Assembly (NCBI GenBank): GCA_965287045.1
Contig: OZ336883.1
Location: 31,744,001 to 31,808,000 of the forward strand
From: Carcharhinus amblyrhynchos
Taxonomy: Eukaryota
DNA length: 64,000 nt
Direction: 5' to 3'
Shown piece by piece: positions 38,380 to 52,922 of the stretch. The position numbers and the translations under genes were made by a program. The first letter of the stretch is position 1, and each line of letters opens with the position of its first letter. The notes under the pieces were generated by a model. The model searched no databases and was not told the origin of the DNA. It was given only the letters and a program-made list of their open reading frames with translations.

Positions 38380-40290
38380 AACCAGAGGTTGCCCAAAAAT
38401 GGGAGAGGGGGTGTTGAGGGAAGAATAATGTGAACTTGTAGGAGATTCAATAATTGGAGGATCAGGTAGTATTCTTAAGTAGGATCAAGAGTCCCATTTG
38501 GTATGTTGCCTTCCTGGTGCTAGGGTGACAGATATCTCAAAATGTCTTGAAACAAAATTGGAGATTGCAGGGCAGGATCCAGTGTTATGTTCCATGTTGG
38601 AACAAACAACATAGAGAAAATTGTTGGGCAAGGAACTAGAAGCTAAATTAAAGAGCAGGAGCTCGAAGGTTGCAATTTCTGGATTGCCACAGGGATGAGC
38701 AGATTGAGGGATTGAACAATGGCAAAAGAAGCAGTTCCATTTCATTGGACATTGACACTAGGATAGGAAAAAAACCATAATGTTGGGCTAGGCTGCACCT
38801 GGACCAGGCTAGGACTAAAGATCCTAGCGGGAAGGATAGCCAGAGCAATCTCAACTATGTTAAACTGGTAGATATTGTGGAGGTCTAGGGTGAAAAAGAT
38901 ACTATAAATAATAGTTTGAAAGCAACCGAAAAGCAAGAAGTTAGAGCTACAGTTATAGATTGTTATTTAGGTACTGCAAGTAAAGGAATAACTAAGAGCT
39001 ATGAAGTAATTAAACCAAATGACAGATTAGAGTGTACGATCCAAATAAATATTTTAATACATGGATCATCATAAACCAATTGAATTGAATGAATTCAACC
39101 TGGAAGGCTACAAGATGGTCAAGGCTCAGAACTAAATATGCCAGCTCAAGCTGTCTACAGGAAAGATAGGAGAGATGTTGGAGAAGTATCCTTAGTGATT
39201 AAGCATGAAGTCACTTCTCTGGAAGTAAGGACATGAGGTAAACAGGCAGTGGAGACTTTATGGACAGAATGAAGAAATAGAAAAGGATTTTGGACATTCT
39301 GAGAGTCATTTTTAGGCCTCCCCAGTAGCAGATTGTTATGTGGCATCTTGTATCACCACAGAGATTAGACAAGTGGGGAGTTTTTAACTTGCATCTGGAT
39401 GGAGTAGCCAGATTTGCATATATCAGAAGGATAGTGAATTTCTTGTTTGTTTCAGAAAACTGTTTCAGACACAATGTGTTGTGCAACCAACAACAGGGAA
39501 AGGTGTAGTAGATTTAGTAATTAACCGGTTTTAGTTAGCATGGTACATGAACATTTCTCTAATACCTATTTTAAAAAAATCATATTTTGAATGTAATGTT
39601 TGTAAGAAAGAAACCTGAAGCTAGGTTTTGAGATTTAGGTACAGTTGACATCAGCGCAATGAAACAGACTCCCTACGGTAAACTAGGCAAATCCATTTAT
39701 GGATAAAAGCAGAAGGTCAGTGGGAGGTGTTCTAAAAAAAATGTAATGTGGAACAGATCCAGGTATACCCTTAAGGGGCAAGAATTCTACTTAAAAATTC
39801 CTTGGATGATTTTATAAGAGACAAAGCTAAAAGAAAAAACATGTATAAATGCAACCTTGAGGAATGCTGATTACAAAGGGTGACAAAACAGATTGAAAGG
39901 GGGAATTAGAGAAACTGGCAAAGAATGTCAAAATTAACAGAAATTACACAGTTATTTTAAGAACAAATAGATGGAGGTCAGGGGCAATGGGGTCCCATAG
40001 AAACTGTTAAAAGTGAAATTGGTTTATGAAAATTGGAAAATGGTGAACATGTTGAATACTCCCTTTGCGTCAATATTTACAATAGAGGAAGAAGTACATA
40101 TGTCAGACCTCGCCAGGAAACTAGTATTGAATCGGGGCAGGAACTCATTAAAATGACAATGGGTGAAATCTCCAGAACTAGATGATTTGCATCCCTGAGT
40201 TTTAAAGGAAGTATATGAATTTGGGTCACAGTTCAGCCATGATCTCATTTAAAGATAGAACTGGCTAGTGGGGCTGAATGACCTAATTCT
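38380..40290 (+). mobile_element. Degenerate CR1 LINE (ORF1 esterase-like and ORF2 remnants)
   Basis: VGDSII...VCCLPGARV.DI motif at ~38440-38535, endonuclease/ORF2 remnants, and a CR1 tail near 40270. Confidence 0.7.
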
Positions 40291-41805
40291 GTTCCTAACC
40301 CTGTCGTATCCATTTGAGAAAAGTGATGAATAGTCAGGCCAGTAATGGAGGGAGGTAATTCTGTGAGCATCTCTGTCCTCAATAATTGTGGGGTTCTGTA
40401 CCCAAATGCAAGAAACAGCTGAAACTCTTTACAGAGATCTTCAACTGAAGATTCTGCCTCTTCCCAAGGCAAGTGTGCAGTGAATTTAGTTCAGTCTGTA
40501 TAACATTAAGAACCAGCTGAACGCAGCTTCGACTTACAAGCAGATTTTTCTATCAGTGTTCACTGTCATTTATATTGAACTGTGAAATAGATTCTGCTCA
40601 GTTTTTTGTGTCTCAATTTCTGAAAAATTACTGTAATTCTCAGAAGGGCTAAATCCAAAGAAGTGTTGGAATACAAATTTGCTGAGATTGGTGTCTCAGC
40701 TAAAATGGTAGAAAACAGCCATGTTAATAAAATTTATCATAAATTCCTGGCATGTTACATATAAAAATGTTGAACTTGCAAATATGGACATAATGTTAAA
40801 CCAAACAAAAGATTTTAAGAAAAAAAAGTCCTGCAATGATGATTAGATGTCATTGTTATCAAATATGAACACAGATATTTTGGGTCTGTATAGTAAACTG
40901 ATATGCTAAATTTATGGGCTAATGTGATGGGGTTCTCATCATGCAACCTTGGGAAAGCGAAGAAGCCAGGTTTAATATGCATAAGTAGCTATATTTATTT
41001 GGCAGAACAAAATGGCCTACATAAGATGCAAGGAAAAAAACAAAGTAACAATAAAAATGTATGTTGGTGTTGCGAACTTTAAAACCTTCCCCTTTATAGT
41101 GTGGATGAAACTAAATAAGCAGAATATGCAAATTGTCTATTGAAATTCAAACGCTCTCCTGGCTAGCTTCCCATCTTCCACACTACATAAACTTGTGCTG
41201 TTCCAAAACTCTGCCAGTCTGTCACTGCCTCATTATTGTTTTCAAATTTCTCCATTACCTCATCTCCTTTATCTCTGTAATCTCTTCTAGCTCGATCACT
41301 TCCCCAAGACCTCCATATCCCTTCTGTATCTCTGATTTTAATCAAACCACTGCCACAATCCCCACCCATTGATAGCTCTGCTTTCAATTGCTTTGGCCCT
41401 GAGCCCTGGCATATTTTCCCATAAACCTCCTACTTCCTCACCTTGTATCTCTCTCTTAGAAGTGCTCCCTTAAAATCTACCTTTAAACATTCTGTTATCT
41501 CCTATGACTGATGTCAGATTTTGTTAAGCATTCTTGTGAAGCACTTTGGAACATTTGCTATATTAAAAACGTGGCATTAAAGTTGAGATTCAACTAACCA
41601 TCATCAAGTTAACAATTTTCAAAAGTGCTTTGAATTGAAGGTGTACTACTCCCAACCAGATCTGCTGGATAATCTAATAGAATATTGACAGGATTCCTTC
41701 AATTCGTTCCTCTCCTTTGCTTACACTCGAATTGGCAGATTTCTCCAGATTTCTATCTGTTGACCCTTGCTAGAAGTTCATGCAAGTGGACTTAGATGTT
41801 TAAAA

Positions 41806-42105
41806 TTTATTTATTAGTGTCACAAGTAGGCTTACAGTAACACTGCAATGAAGTTACTGTGAAAATCCCCATGTCGTGCCATACCAGCACCTGTTCGGGT
41901 ACACTGAGGGCGAATTTAGCATGGCCAATGCACCCAACCAGCACATCTTTCGGACTGTGGGAGGAAACCAGAGCACCTGGAGGAAACCCACACGGACATG
42001 GGGAGAACGTGCAGACTCCACACAGACAGTGACCCAAACTACGAATCAAACCTGGGTCCCTGGCACTGTCTGTCAGCAGTGCTAATCATTGTGCTACCAT
42101 GCTGC
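41806..42105 (-). mobile_element. V-SINE with type-2 tail
   Basis: tttatttattagtgtcacaagtaggcttac tail plus V-domain and head in reverse complement. Confidence 0.88.
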
Positions 42106-43254
42106 AAATCACACTTTTGTGATGCCAGCATTGTTTAATAACCTGCTAGCACAGACTACCCATCAAGAATTCAATATAAATAATGACCACTTGGAAGAAA
42201 TGCTGGAATGTTACTGATGCCCATGAAACTGTGCCCTGGTAAACTGTACCTCAGTGTTTGCAGAAGGGGAAAGAATTGTTAGTGAAAATCATTGGCATGC
42301 AGGAGGAGGAAAAACATGGACTAAGTAAAGGTCATTTGGTCTACCAAATACAATGAAAAAGATTGAAGAGGCCCTTAATCACCTGAAGGCTAGGATCCAG
42401 ATGGCTAAACAATGTGCTGCTAAGTAAGACGTGTTGAGGCAGCAGGGGTGGGATTGCAGCAAATGGACAAGAACTGAAGATGATGAATTATTTGACATAC
42501 AAACAGGCAGGTTCACCTATTAATTGGGAAAGGCCCACAGAGCCATTAGTAACGAAGGCTGATTTTGTATTTTGAAATTTGTCTCTGATCTGCTATTTAA
42601 CTTTAATGCAAAAATACAAAGAGCGAACATTAGATATAATTGTTAACCAATGAATGGAAAGAGAAAACCAGTTTGCTTTGGCTGAATCAGGTTCTGGTTT
42701 GAATGTCCTTGTATCTTTTTTAAATTGTTGCATTTATTTCTCTTTGAATCCCTCTTGGAGGTTGGGAGGGTCAAACAGCCCTTTTTCCTGTATTTGTGGC
42801 AAAGATGGTTGGTGATTTGTGGCATGTCCAGGTGGGTGATTTCAGAATGACTTGGTCTTTATCAAGTTATATTTTCCACCAGTAACTATAAATATGTGTA
42901 ATGTTCAGGTAATCAGTCCGAGACCTTTAGCTTGGTAAAGAGAGTAGGTGTTCAAGGACGTGGGTTTGCCAGCGTGACCTCTCACTTCAGATTTAAAAGA
43001 AAATAATTTTGGAGACTGAATTCAAAGGATAAATTTACACTGAATACCACCTGGCTTCCTTTACTATATATTTTGTAATTGACCAGGGCCAAAGGTAGGA
43101 TAGTCAAAATGGTTAGAATCCGGTGCTTAATTGGTTTTACAAAGCAACTATTACTGCATAAAGTAAACCTGTGAAATGCTGTTATTTAATCAAGTAGAAT
43201 TCTGCAATGGTTATAAAAATCTGCCATTTGATAGATTCTGTCATTCCTAAATAG

Positions 43255-43320
43255 TAAGAAGTCTCACAACACCAGGTTTTTACTGTGCTTACCCCAGTCC
43301 AACACCAGCAACTCCACATC
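43255..43320. mobile_element. ~65-bp miniature of the Penelope-like element
   Basis: Only the two ends of the 5230-5615 element, fused. Flanked by the imperfect repeat ttcctaaatag / ttcctagaatag. Confidence 0.55.
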
Positions 43321-44431
43321 ATTCCTAGAATAGCCAGAGCAGATTCTTTGATTAAAGTTGGTGAGCTGACTATTAAGGTGATTAAAATGCAGGCTTTGCT
43401 CAAGCAGCTGTCAACATGCAGGTATATTTGAAGGTGGTTGTTGCTGTTGAATTCCCATTGATCTGGACAAAACAAGCTGGAACAATCTCAGGTTGCAAGT
43501 GGAATAAATGTTGTTAACATTTCTAACATTTTGGTGCAATTTGCAGTTTAGGAAAGTTACATTTATTTAGTATAAATAATTTACAGGGAATCTGAGTCAC
43601 AAGACTAGGATTTACTTGTACTGTCCTTACTGATGATCCTTGATCTGATTTGGAAAGGCTTTGTGCGTAACCTCCCTTATCAGTCATCTTGATAGGGTGA
43701 TCTTGCACCAAGGGCATAAAATTAAAGCTGCGTTTTATTAAGAAATATTAAATCTTGAAACTTATTGCTGTGATTAGCATCCTTCCTTAATCTATTAAAG
43801 CTTAAAAATTATGCACGTATAAAAATTTATTTAGACAGCATTAAATCTAGTATGTATTTCATTTAAATATTAATAAACTGGGGGAAAATGTTCTAATTAT
43901 ACTGGCAATGTTATTTGTTGGATTGTTGCATAGGACTGTATAACCTGAACAGGAAAAATAACGAAGATTTATTATTGGCAATACCTTAGTACCATTTTCA
44001 CTGGGTATACCAATGACTTAGATGAAGAAATAGTGTTGTAAATGCACATTTGCAGAGGATTCTGTTAGGGTTTACAGTAAATTCAGTACATAAGAGCAGG
44101 AATATGCCAAGAGACACAAACAGATTAAGTAGGCAAATCAATGGCGAATGGAGTTCAATGTGGGAAAGTGTGAGATCATCCACTTTGGATCTGAAGGACA
44201 AACTGGAATATTCTCAGAATGAGAGGAGCTGTGGAGGAGCAAAGAGATGTGGGTGCCCGTGTGCATTTGTATAAAAAATAATCAAGAAGCTCATGAAATG
44301 TTAACCTTCATGTCAACAGAGTTATAATATAAAAGTGAGCAATTGTACTTCAGTTGATTGGCTAAACCCCAACTAGAGTGATGCTTTCAGGTTTTTGTAT
44401 GCATTTTTTTGTGTTCTACAGTTCTGAAGTA

Positions 44432-44780
44432 CCTAATGAATAAAATGGTCTTGGGCAAGTTTCTGTATTGAGGAAATAAGGTTGCCTGATATTCCTTTTC
44501 CAAAGCACTTTGTTTTCACAATAAGGTCAAACACAATCGACCGTGGAAGTTTAACATGCCGATACATCTTCAATTTTTATTTTATGGTGCAGTCTACCAT
44601 TCAATCCTATTGAGTGACTGTTATTTTTCCATCATTTCTTTTCAGCTCCCATCCTGTGGCTGTGTTCAAAACAGATGCTAGGTTGCTGTCTAATTTGTAT
44701 AACAACTTTTAATTCTTCAGGATTTATTTGCACTCATTGAATTTTTGGCTCATTCCACCATATCGGGTTGTGCCTTCTGC
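44432..44780 (-). pseudogene. LLTP-like pseudogene remnant, DUF1943-like exon
   Basis: KLPRSIVFDLIVKTKCFGKGISGNLI (LPRS at 44538-44549, FG at 44499-44504), similar to the LLTP LPRS...L....FG...NL pattern. Donor TAG|gtactt. Confidence 0.45.
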
Positions 44781-45050
44781 AATCTTTGACCTCAGGCTCA
44801 GGGGAGTTTGGAGAGGAGGAGAAAAAACATGACCATGGTCATGTAGAATTAATGTAATAATTGCAGTCAGTCTGTATGAATTAAAGACCAGGTGCTGAAA
44901 AGGTGGGGGTGGAGGGGGGTGGATTGTGAGGAAAGGAATAAAGGGAAAGAACAATGAAGGATGAACAGCAAATCAAAAGCTTTAAAATAAAAATAGAAAA
45001 GGGAAAGTGAATGAATATTTTCTGTGATTGGGTGAAATGGGCACCTGTGA

Positions 45051-45419
<369 letters not shown>

Positions 45420-45740
45420 GCACTGAGCAGTGTTAATTTGAACATTTTTATTTTCTTTCCAAAAACAAATCTGGAATCCAGTGCCACTAGAGAGTTGCAT
45501 TTATGTGGTTTTGGTGCAGTGGCACATGCCAAGGATGACGACAAGAGCATAACCTTTTAATCTGTTTTTGCAGAAACTGTTGAGAAACAGCATTGAATTG
45601 AATGCAAAATCAGAACATGGGCAGGAAATGGAATGAATCAGTGGGCTCAAAACCACTTCTAAATTCCATGTGGGCATGTGCTGGCCTCCTTTCATCTGTA
45701 CTTTGTTTCTTTAGAAGATTTTTTATTTAATTGATTTTCT

Positions 45741-45746
45741 AATAAA
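45741..45746 (+). terminator. Candidate TRMT61A polyadenylation signal
   Basis: AATAAA about 320 nt after the stop codon, in U-rich context. Confidence 0.55.
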
Positions 45747-46086
45747 TGTTTTATATACAATATTAAGTGACTTGTCTGCAGTGAATTTTGAAAAATGCCG
45801 ATGTGATCTGATACATTGAAGCCACGTACACACGAGCATTAAATAATTGAGGAATGATTTAGGTGGCGGACATATTTGGTGATGTTTGTACTTGTCTGCA
45901 AACAATGTGGCGTGAAAACCATCCAACTTTCTACTTTGCTGCAACACCACACATAGTGTTTGGGAACATTGGCAAGCTGGAAAATTTATTTACGGGTACA
46001 CAAGCTTCTGTCTATATTTTGAGTTTTAAGTACAGCAAGATCCTGTGATTTGTCTCTCTGTAGAGAGTATCTGATTGATTTCAAAT

Positions 46087-46341
46087 TTAGCCATGGAGCT
46101 CAAAAAGACTTAAATTTATTAAGAACCAGAAGAAAGAAGGCCAAGTGGCCTGTGTAAGCACCTTGCCTAGGCATCCCCACAATTTATCAGGTGTTTTTGT
46201 CTCCTCAAACCTAGTTGGAAGACCAGCCAGGTCACTGTGTGGAAAAATATTCCCTGACTTCAACACAAGCTTACAAGGAAAGGACAGAAAGAGACCAGTT
46301 GAATCCATCCAGTTTGACCCATTGGCAGTGTCCACAATGTG
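46087..46341 (-). pseudogene. LLTP-like pseudogene remnant, DUF1943-start-like exon
   Basis: Acceptor ttttttattttctgtaaag| followed by ~84 open codons, GSNWMDSTGLFLSFPCKLVLKSGNIFPHSDLAGLP...LWG...INLSLFELHG, reminiscent of apoB GNLIF...YLP...FG...DLIEIG. Confidence 0.45.
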
Positions 46342-46369
46342 CTTTACAGAAAATAAAAAAGTAACTTTT

Positions 46370-47100
46370 CAGCAGTGGTCATTATTGTAAAGTTGAAACA
46401 TGCTAGGCAATTTGTGCATAGCAAGATCCCAAAAAAAACAACAACTTAAATGAAAAGAATCATCAATTTGTAGATGTTGACTGAGAGATAAATGTTGGTG
46501 GAGATATCTGGCGAATTCCCTTCAAAATATTCTTCAAAATATAATTTTCTCCACCCGGGAGAGTTGATAGGGCCATGAAAGTCTCATCTGAAATGTGGCA
46601 TCTCCAACAGTGTGGCATTCCCTTAGTGGTGCACTGAAGTGCCATCCTAGATTCTGTACTTGATAGGGAGAGCTGGTGATATAGTGGTAATGTCATAGGA
46701 CTAAAAATCCAGAAGCCCAGGTTACTATTCTAGGGGACACTGGTTCAAGTTTTACAATGGTAACTGATAGAATTTAAATTCAATTAATAAGTCTGGAATG
46801 TAAAGCTACTTTCGGTAATGGTGACCATTAAACTTTCATCATTTGTGTGAAAGTCCTTTTGGTTCACCCTAATGTCACAAGAGAAGGGAGTCTGCCATTC
46901 ATACATAATCTGGCTACTCTACTCACTGAAATGGTCTAACAAGCTATTCAGTTCAAGGGAGTTTTGGTACAGGCAATAAACGCTAGCTTTGCCAGCAATG
47001 CCTACATCCCATGAAAGGATAAAATATTTGAGTCACTGGGAGTGTCCCTTAGTCTGAAAAATGAGAGTGGTATCACAGAGCCAAGGCTGATAAGCATGTT
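46370..47100. mobile_element. Deu-SINE (-) interrupted by a second tRNA-derived SINE (+, ~46670-47020)
   Basis: Deu-domain reverse complement to ~46660, then a gtgatatagtggtaatgtc...ggttcaag tRNA-like head. Confidence 0.55.
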
Positions 47101-47384
47101 AATATTGGATCCGCAACATAAAATATTGTGGATTAACTCCAAGACTTGAAGCTGGATATACATGATGTGCTAAAATTATAATGTGACAACTTAAAGGTGA
47201 ATATCAGGTTATCTTGATGGAGTTTACTATATGTAAATTGGCTGTTACATTTCCTTTATTATAACAGTCACTACTCTTCAAAAGTACTTAATTGCTAAAT
47301 GCAGTTTCCTTTTTATAGTCAAACTGATTTGAACCTTCATCACATTTCAGCAGTATTGTGTACAGTTTTGTGGAGGAAGAGACA

Positions 47385-47800
47385 CTTGCCTTTACACAAC
47401 CCCTTTCACAATTCAAAGTGCATTATAGCCAATAAAGTACTTCGAAGTATAGTGACTGTTGTAATATAGGAAATGTAACAGCCCAATTTACATATAGTAA
47501 ACTCCAACAAATAGGATAACCTGATTATCTATTTTTTGTGAGGATGATTGATGGATAAATATCGGCTGGGACACCAGGGATAACTTTCCTGCTCTCTCTC
47601 TTTCAATAATGTTATGGAAGCTTTAACATTTACCCGAATGGGCAGTTGATATAAAATCTCATTAGAGAAACAGCACCTTCAACTGTGCAACAGGCTCTCA
47701 CTACTGCAGTGCAATATCTCAGCCTAGATTCTTTGCACTGTCACTCCCTGGAGTGGGTTTTGAACTCACATCTCTCTGACTCTGGTGAGAGAGCTGGCAT
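47385..47800 (-). mobile_element. Deu-SINE (SacSINE1-like)
   Basis: Reverse complement of the Deu domain (ggataaatatcggctgggacaccaggg...cagcaccttc) and tRNA-like head. Confidence 0.65.
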
Positions 47801-47914
47801 CTAAGCTGTCATTAAAAGAATAGATTAAGATGTTGCTGTAATGGGTCAAATTGACAGGTTTATTTCAAGGACCTTCACGAACTGGGTCACCAAGCAATGT
47901 CAGTCCATCCAGGT

Positions 47915-48200
47915 CAACATAAGAACATAAGAAATAGGAGCAGGAGTAGGCCATCTAGCCCTTCGAGCCTGCCCCGCCATTCAATAAGATCATGGCTGAT
48001 CTGTCGTGGCTCAGTTCCACATTCCCGCCCTCTCCCCATAACCCTTAATCCCCTTGCCTATCAAAAACCTATCAACCCGCGTCTTAAAAATATTGAGCGA
48101 GGCAGCCTCCACCACTTCAACGGGCAGAGAATTCCAGAGATTCACCACCCTTTGAGTGAAGAAGTTCCTCCTCAACTCTGTTCTAAACCGCCCCCCCCTT
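47915..48200 (-). mobile_element. Young CR1 LINE 3' end
   Basis: caacataagaacataagaaataggagcaggagtaggcc tail, with CpGs retained. Confidence 0.8.
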
Positions 48201-48820
48201 TATGGGCCACTATAAACTATGATTCTCCTGTCTTAACGAATGTTGATTGACACTAACCACATTTGATGGATGAGCTAACCACTTCAGAAACCTACCACAC
48301 TCCAGAAGTCTTCCACAGAAAGTGAAGTTATAGATCAATTGTTTGATCATCATTTCTCTTGAACTTTCATTGCAGGCACCATTAAAACTATAAAGTATCT
48401 CTCCAACAGCAAGGCACCAGAATCCAATGCTATATCTGCTGAGATTTATCTAGTTAGATGGCACCAACAACTGATATAGCTTATAGGTACAGAAATCCTG
48501 AAATTGTGGGTCTGTCACAGGCTGTGGCATGCCCACATCCCACAGGCAACATTCACTGAATTCAGAAAGAGATTCAACTCTTCCACTCCCTGGACACAAA
48601 AACAAAATCATAAAATGTTCCAATTTATTCAATTAGGTGTAAGTGGGTTTACAACAGCAATGTAATGAATAAAATTTGATGAATAGAACTGGCCTTGAAA
48701 AGATAATTTTAGATTAGCAGAGTAATGTCAAATGATTAGTGGATTTTTTTTATACTGAATTATTCAGTAATAATTTTAAAATACTTTTCCAGGATATTTT
48801 AGCTTCTAACTTCCACCCAC

Positions 48821-49093
48821 GTGTATGTTTTAATCTTCAATTTGCAGACAAATATTGCTGGAAAATCAGCATTTAATGACTTTAAGGTGCTTATAATGTC
48901 ACAAGATGAACCCGAATATCTTATTTGGGTTGATGATTATCTGGATGCTTGGAAGAACTACCACCGTGGGCAGAGGCCCTCACCTACTAATCTATCATCA
49001 CAGCCAAATAGAATTGTCAATCAATATTGTGTCGTGTGCCTGAAACTTTCACAATTCTGGGGAATTAAAGCAAGGAATGCAAGCATTTTATCG
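48821..49093 (-). pseudogene. LLTP-like pseudogene remnant, end of the Vitellogenin_N helical domain
   Basis: Acceptor ttttcctag|. FYLAVM (48996-49013), then after a frameshift LPTVVVLPSIQIIINPNKIFGFIL*HYKHL; compare apoB AYLMLMRSPS...QVKNFVASHI. Confidence 0.4.
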
Positions 49094-51199
49094 CTAGGAA
49101 AATAAATTAGAAATGGCTGTACGTTGATAGTTACTCTTGGTTCATTTCTATCTGTCAAATATAAGATTTACATGGAAGGGTACATTTGCCCTGATTGAGA
49201 AGTCTACTGCCTCATTTTACGTTGCTGGCCATGCGTAAATTCACCTGCCAGATCAGAAATGGTTAGAGAGGAATTGAGCCCGCACTATTAATTGTATCTC
49301 CCCAAATGAACTCTCCTGCTTTCTACGCCATCAACGATCTATCTTGTTCTTTTCCCCACCCTCTCGCTCCCTCCACCACTGCCACCTCTTGCTTCAAATC
49401 TGTTGCAATTTCTAACTTTTGATTAAAGGTCATCAACTTGTTAACGCACTCTCTCTCCGCGCTTGCTGCCTGGTCTGATAAGTATGCCTGTTTTTATTTT
49501 AGATTTCCAGCATCCGGAATATTTTGATTTTGCTTCCAAATTGGACTACCTACCTTTGGAGCCAACTCTGAAAAAACTAAATATACAGATTGAAGTTGCA
49601 ATCAATTAATGCATTAAGTAGACAGATGGTGATACAAGTAATGCATGAAGTTAAATAATTTGCCCAGAAATTTATATTGCACCCAAAAGAGGTGAAAAAC
49701 CGATGGAGTGACTGCTTCGCCCCAGTCTAAGGCCAAGCTGACTTCAGCTTTGTGCTTCATTTAAATATAAATGGCAAAGTGCAAAATGGAACCTGACTGC
49801 AGCTCAGCAAGTGGGGAGGATGGGGAATTGGTCTGATCTTATGCTGAGCCAACCAGTTGTTTGAGGCAGGATTGCCGTTAGTGAGCTAAAGTGTTTTTTG
49901 TTGATTCTGTAGGAACACCTGCTTCTCCTGGATCTACAAAAACAAAATTGAAAACTTGTTGGTCATAGTTTTGAACAGCTTTGTGTTCCATTTGGGGATG
50001 CTGGCTAGGTCATTCAGTACCTTGTACAAATGTCTGGCTAATCTAAAACTGATGAAGCGTGCTTGCAGAACAAGATTCTCTCTAGTCAATGGCTCTTTTC
50101 TCAAGAGTACTGACAACAGACTAGAAGGGATGTAGTGATACTTACATTTGTTCTCTCTGAGTTACTCAGCACTTAATGAAGACCTCTGAAATGTTTAGCC
50201 TCCGAATAAAATCAAGTTCATAGACTTTCTTGTTCTTACAAGAGGGGTCTTGGATAAATAAACTTTCCGGATAGCGTAACAACATGCAGCAATTGTATCT
50301 TTGGTACCCAGCTTAACTGAGCAGGCAGAAAGTATCTTAGTTTAACCTTATCTGACAATGCAGCTCTTCCTCAGTACTGCACTGAAGTATCAGCCTGGAT
50401 TATGCAGTCAGTTTATGGCCTGGAGCTTCAAGGATATGGACTGGGTGCAACAGAAATTCATGACCAGAGTATCTTTGAATTTAGTTGACTTATTTAGAAT
50501 ACTGTTACTTTGCTTATCAAAACTTGTATATCGAACTATTCTTTGTAGTTTATAGAATAGGCACATGTAAACAATTTTTTCATTTTAAATGAGTTCTGTT
50601 ATTTGAAGTAGAACAAGCTGACAGTGCTATTTGGTGAGAAGATTCACAGATGGTAGCGCAGTTTGTAGTTTTATCATCAGTTGTCATGCTGACAGATAAT
50701 GAACTAAATGAGAATTCCATTTAATGGAAAATGGTTTTATTTTCAATTTTCTTTTTAAAAAAATTATTCCAAACACATTCAGCAAAATGTCTAATGCAGT
50801 TGGAATTCATAATGCAAAAGGCATTTGCTTGCAATGGAATCTGTGCTCAACAGTCCAGAGAAGTCTTGAATAGTTTTGTGTAGCTGTTCCTTAGATGTGA
50901 TTGGCTGAATCTTAAATATATCTTTTAAAATGGTTTCTAGTTTGCTTAAAGGCCTCATAGATCATCTGTAATTACAAATGTTTTAAGTTTGTAACTATGA
51001 CATGAAAGTCAATGTACATATTTTGTGGTTTTCTCTCCAAAGGAATTTCCATATGGAACACAAATCTGTATTCCCTAATTAGTGATTCTCTAAAGTCTGA
51101 GGGGTGAAGCCAAATACATAGGAAAAACTTTTTGTTTTGGTATTAAGCCAGCATTTCAATAAAGTGTAATTGTCTCATCTTGCCATTAGTTGGCTGCTC

Positions 51200-51760
51200 C
51201 AGAATCACAGAGCAGAAATAGCCCATTCGGCCCATTGAGTCTGCTCTGCCATTCAATGAGATCATCATTGATCTGATACGACAATTCTCAACTCTACTTT
51301 TCCACCTTATCCTCATAACCCTAGATTCCCTTGCAGGTAAAGAATTCCACTATCCTCTAAGAGAATGAATTCCTCCTTAGCTCTGCCTTAAATGGGCAAC
51401 CGCCTTTGAAATTATACCCTGTGGTCCTACAAGAGAAAACAACCTCTAAGCATCTACCCTGTCAAACCCACTGAGAATTCTATATGTCTCAATAAGGTCA
51501 CCTCTTGTTCTTCGAAACTTCAGTGAGCACAGACCCAACCTACTCAATCTTCCCTCATAATAAAATCCCTTCATACCTGGGATCAACCTGGTGAACCTTC
51601 TCTGGACTGCCTCCAATGCCAGTATATCTTTCCTTAGATGAGGGGACCAAAACTGTTCTCAGTATTCCAGGTGTGGTCTAACTAGTGCCTTGTATATCTT
51701 TAGCAGGACTTCTCTATTTTTACACTCCATTCTATTTGCCTTCCCTATTACATGCTGAAC
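51200..51760 (-). mobile_element. CR1 LINE 3' fragment
   Basis: Tail plus reverse-strand ORF2 end (ALVRPHLEY*EQFWSPHLRKDI). Confidence 0.8.
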
Positions 51761-52606
51761 TTACAATTGCAGAAAGATCTACAATAATAATTTTAAAAAT
51801 CATATATTTTAAAAATTTATTTTTAACATGGTACAAAACAAGGTGGTGTATTCTACATAAGTGACGCATCAATATATTTGGCAAAACATATATTTTGTGC
51901 TTGAAAATCTTTTTTAATCTTACAACTTTTCTTCTGCAAATTCAATACCTTTTTTAAAGCTTCCACTGTGTTGAATGCCCTGAAGCTAGTGGCACGTTGC
52001 TAAATTAGACTGATTTATTAACAATCCAATTCAATGTTTGATCATTTTTTAAATTACGCTGGTGTTCACATTTATTCATTACAGTTTGCAATCACCGAAG
52101 AAAAAAATAAAGCCTTGATCATTCAAATAAATTTGCTTATAAAACCAAAGCATCAATTTCTGTCACCTAAGTTTGTGGATGAAAGTTGAATTATTTACAG
52201 TTGAGGAAAACATTCTTGTAGCTTGGTCTTATATATTGGTGTGTCACACCTTGTGTATACTTTATAATTCAAGAAATGCTGATATCATCTTTGTCCGGTT
52301 TTGCTATATATCGCCTCGCATGACTTATTACCTTAAATGGCAACTATTTAAATATTGGCAAGCCTGCTCTGTTTAGTTTACAATAGCACTGACTTTGTGA
52401 GGCATTCACCTTGCCTGGCAAGGTTAACGTTTTATTTTCCAATCATTTTCCAAGCAAACACTAACTAAAATCCCAATAGTGTAGCACCCTAGCTAGCTAT
52501 CAAGATAGTTTAAAATTTAGAATATTATGCACTGGATGTTTTCTTGAATCTTTCTTCCAAATTGTACATTGCTGTTAAAAGCCATTAATTCCCATAGGTG
52601 AAAGTT

Positions 52607-52922
52607 TAGAATCATAGAAACCCTACAGTACAGGGAGAGGCCATTCAGCCCATCGAGTCTGCACCAACCACAATCCCACCCAGGCCCTACCCCCACATCC
52701 CTACATATTTTACCCCATTAGTCTACATATCTCAGGATACTATGGGGCAGTTTAAGCATGGCCAATCAACCTAACCTGCACATCTTTGGACTGTGGGAGG
52801 AAACCCATGCAGACACGAGGAGAATGTGCAAACTCCACGCAGACAGTGACCAAGCCGGGAATCGAACCCACGTCCCTGGAGCTGTGAAGCAGCAGTGCTA
52901 ACCTCTATGCTACCATGCTGCC
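52607..52922 (-). mobile_element. V-SINE (HE1-like), CR1-type tail
   Basis: Near-full copy: head, V-domain and tail. Confidence 0.88.

Noticed and set aside
48821-49105. Plus-strand 94-aa ORF with an upstream acceptor-like site
   Set aside because: No recognisable homology or partner exons; better explained as the antisense shadow of a minus-strand pseudo-exon, though not formally excluded.
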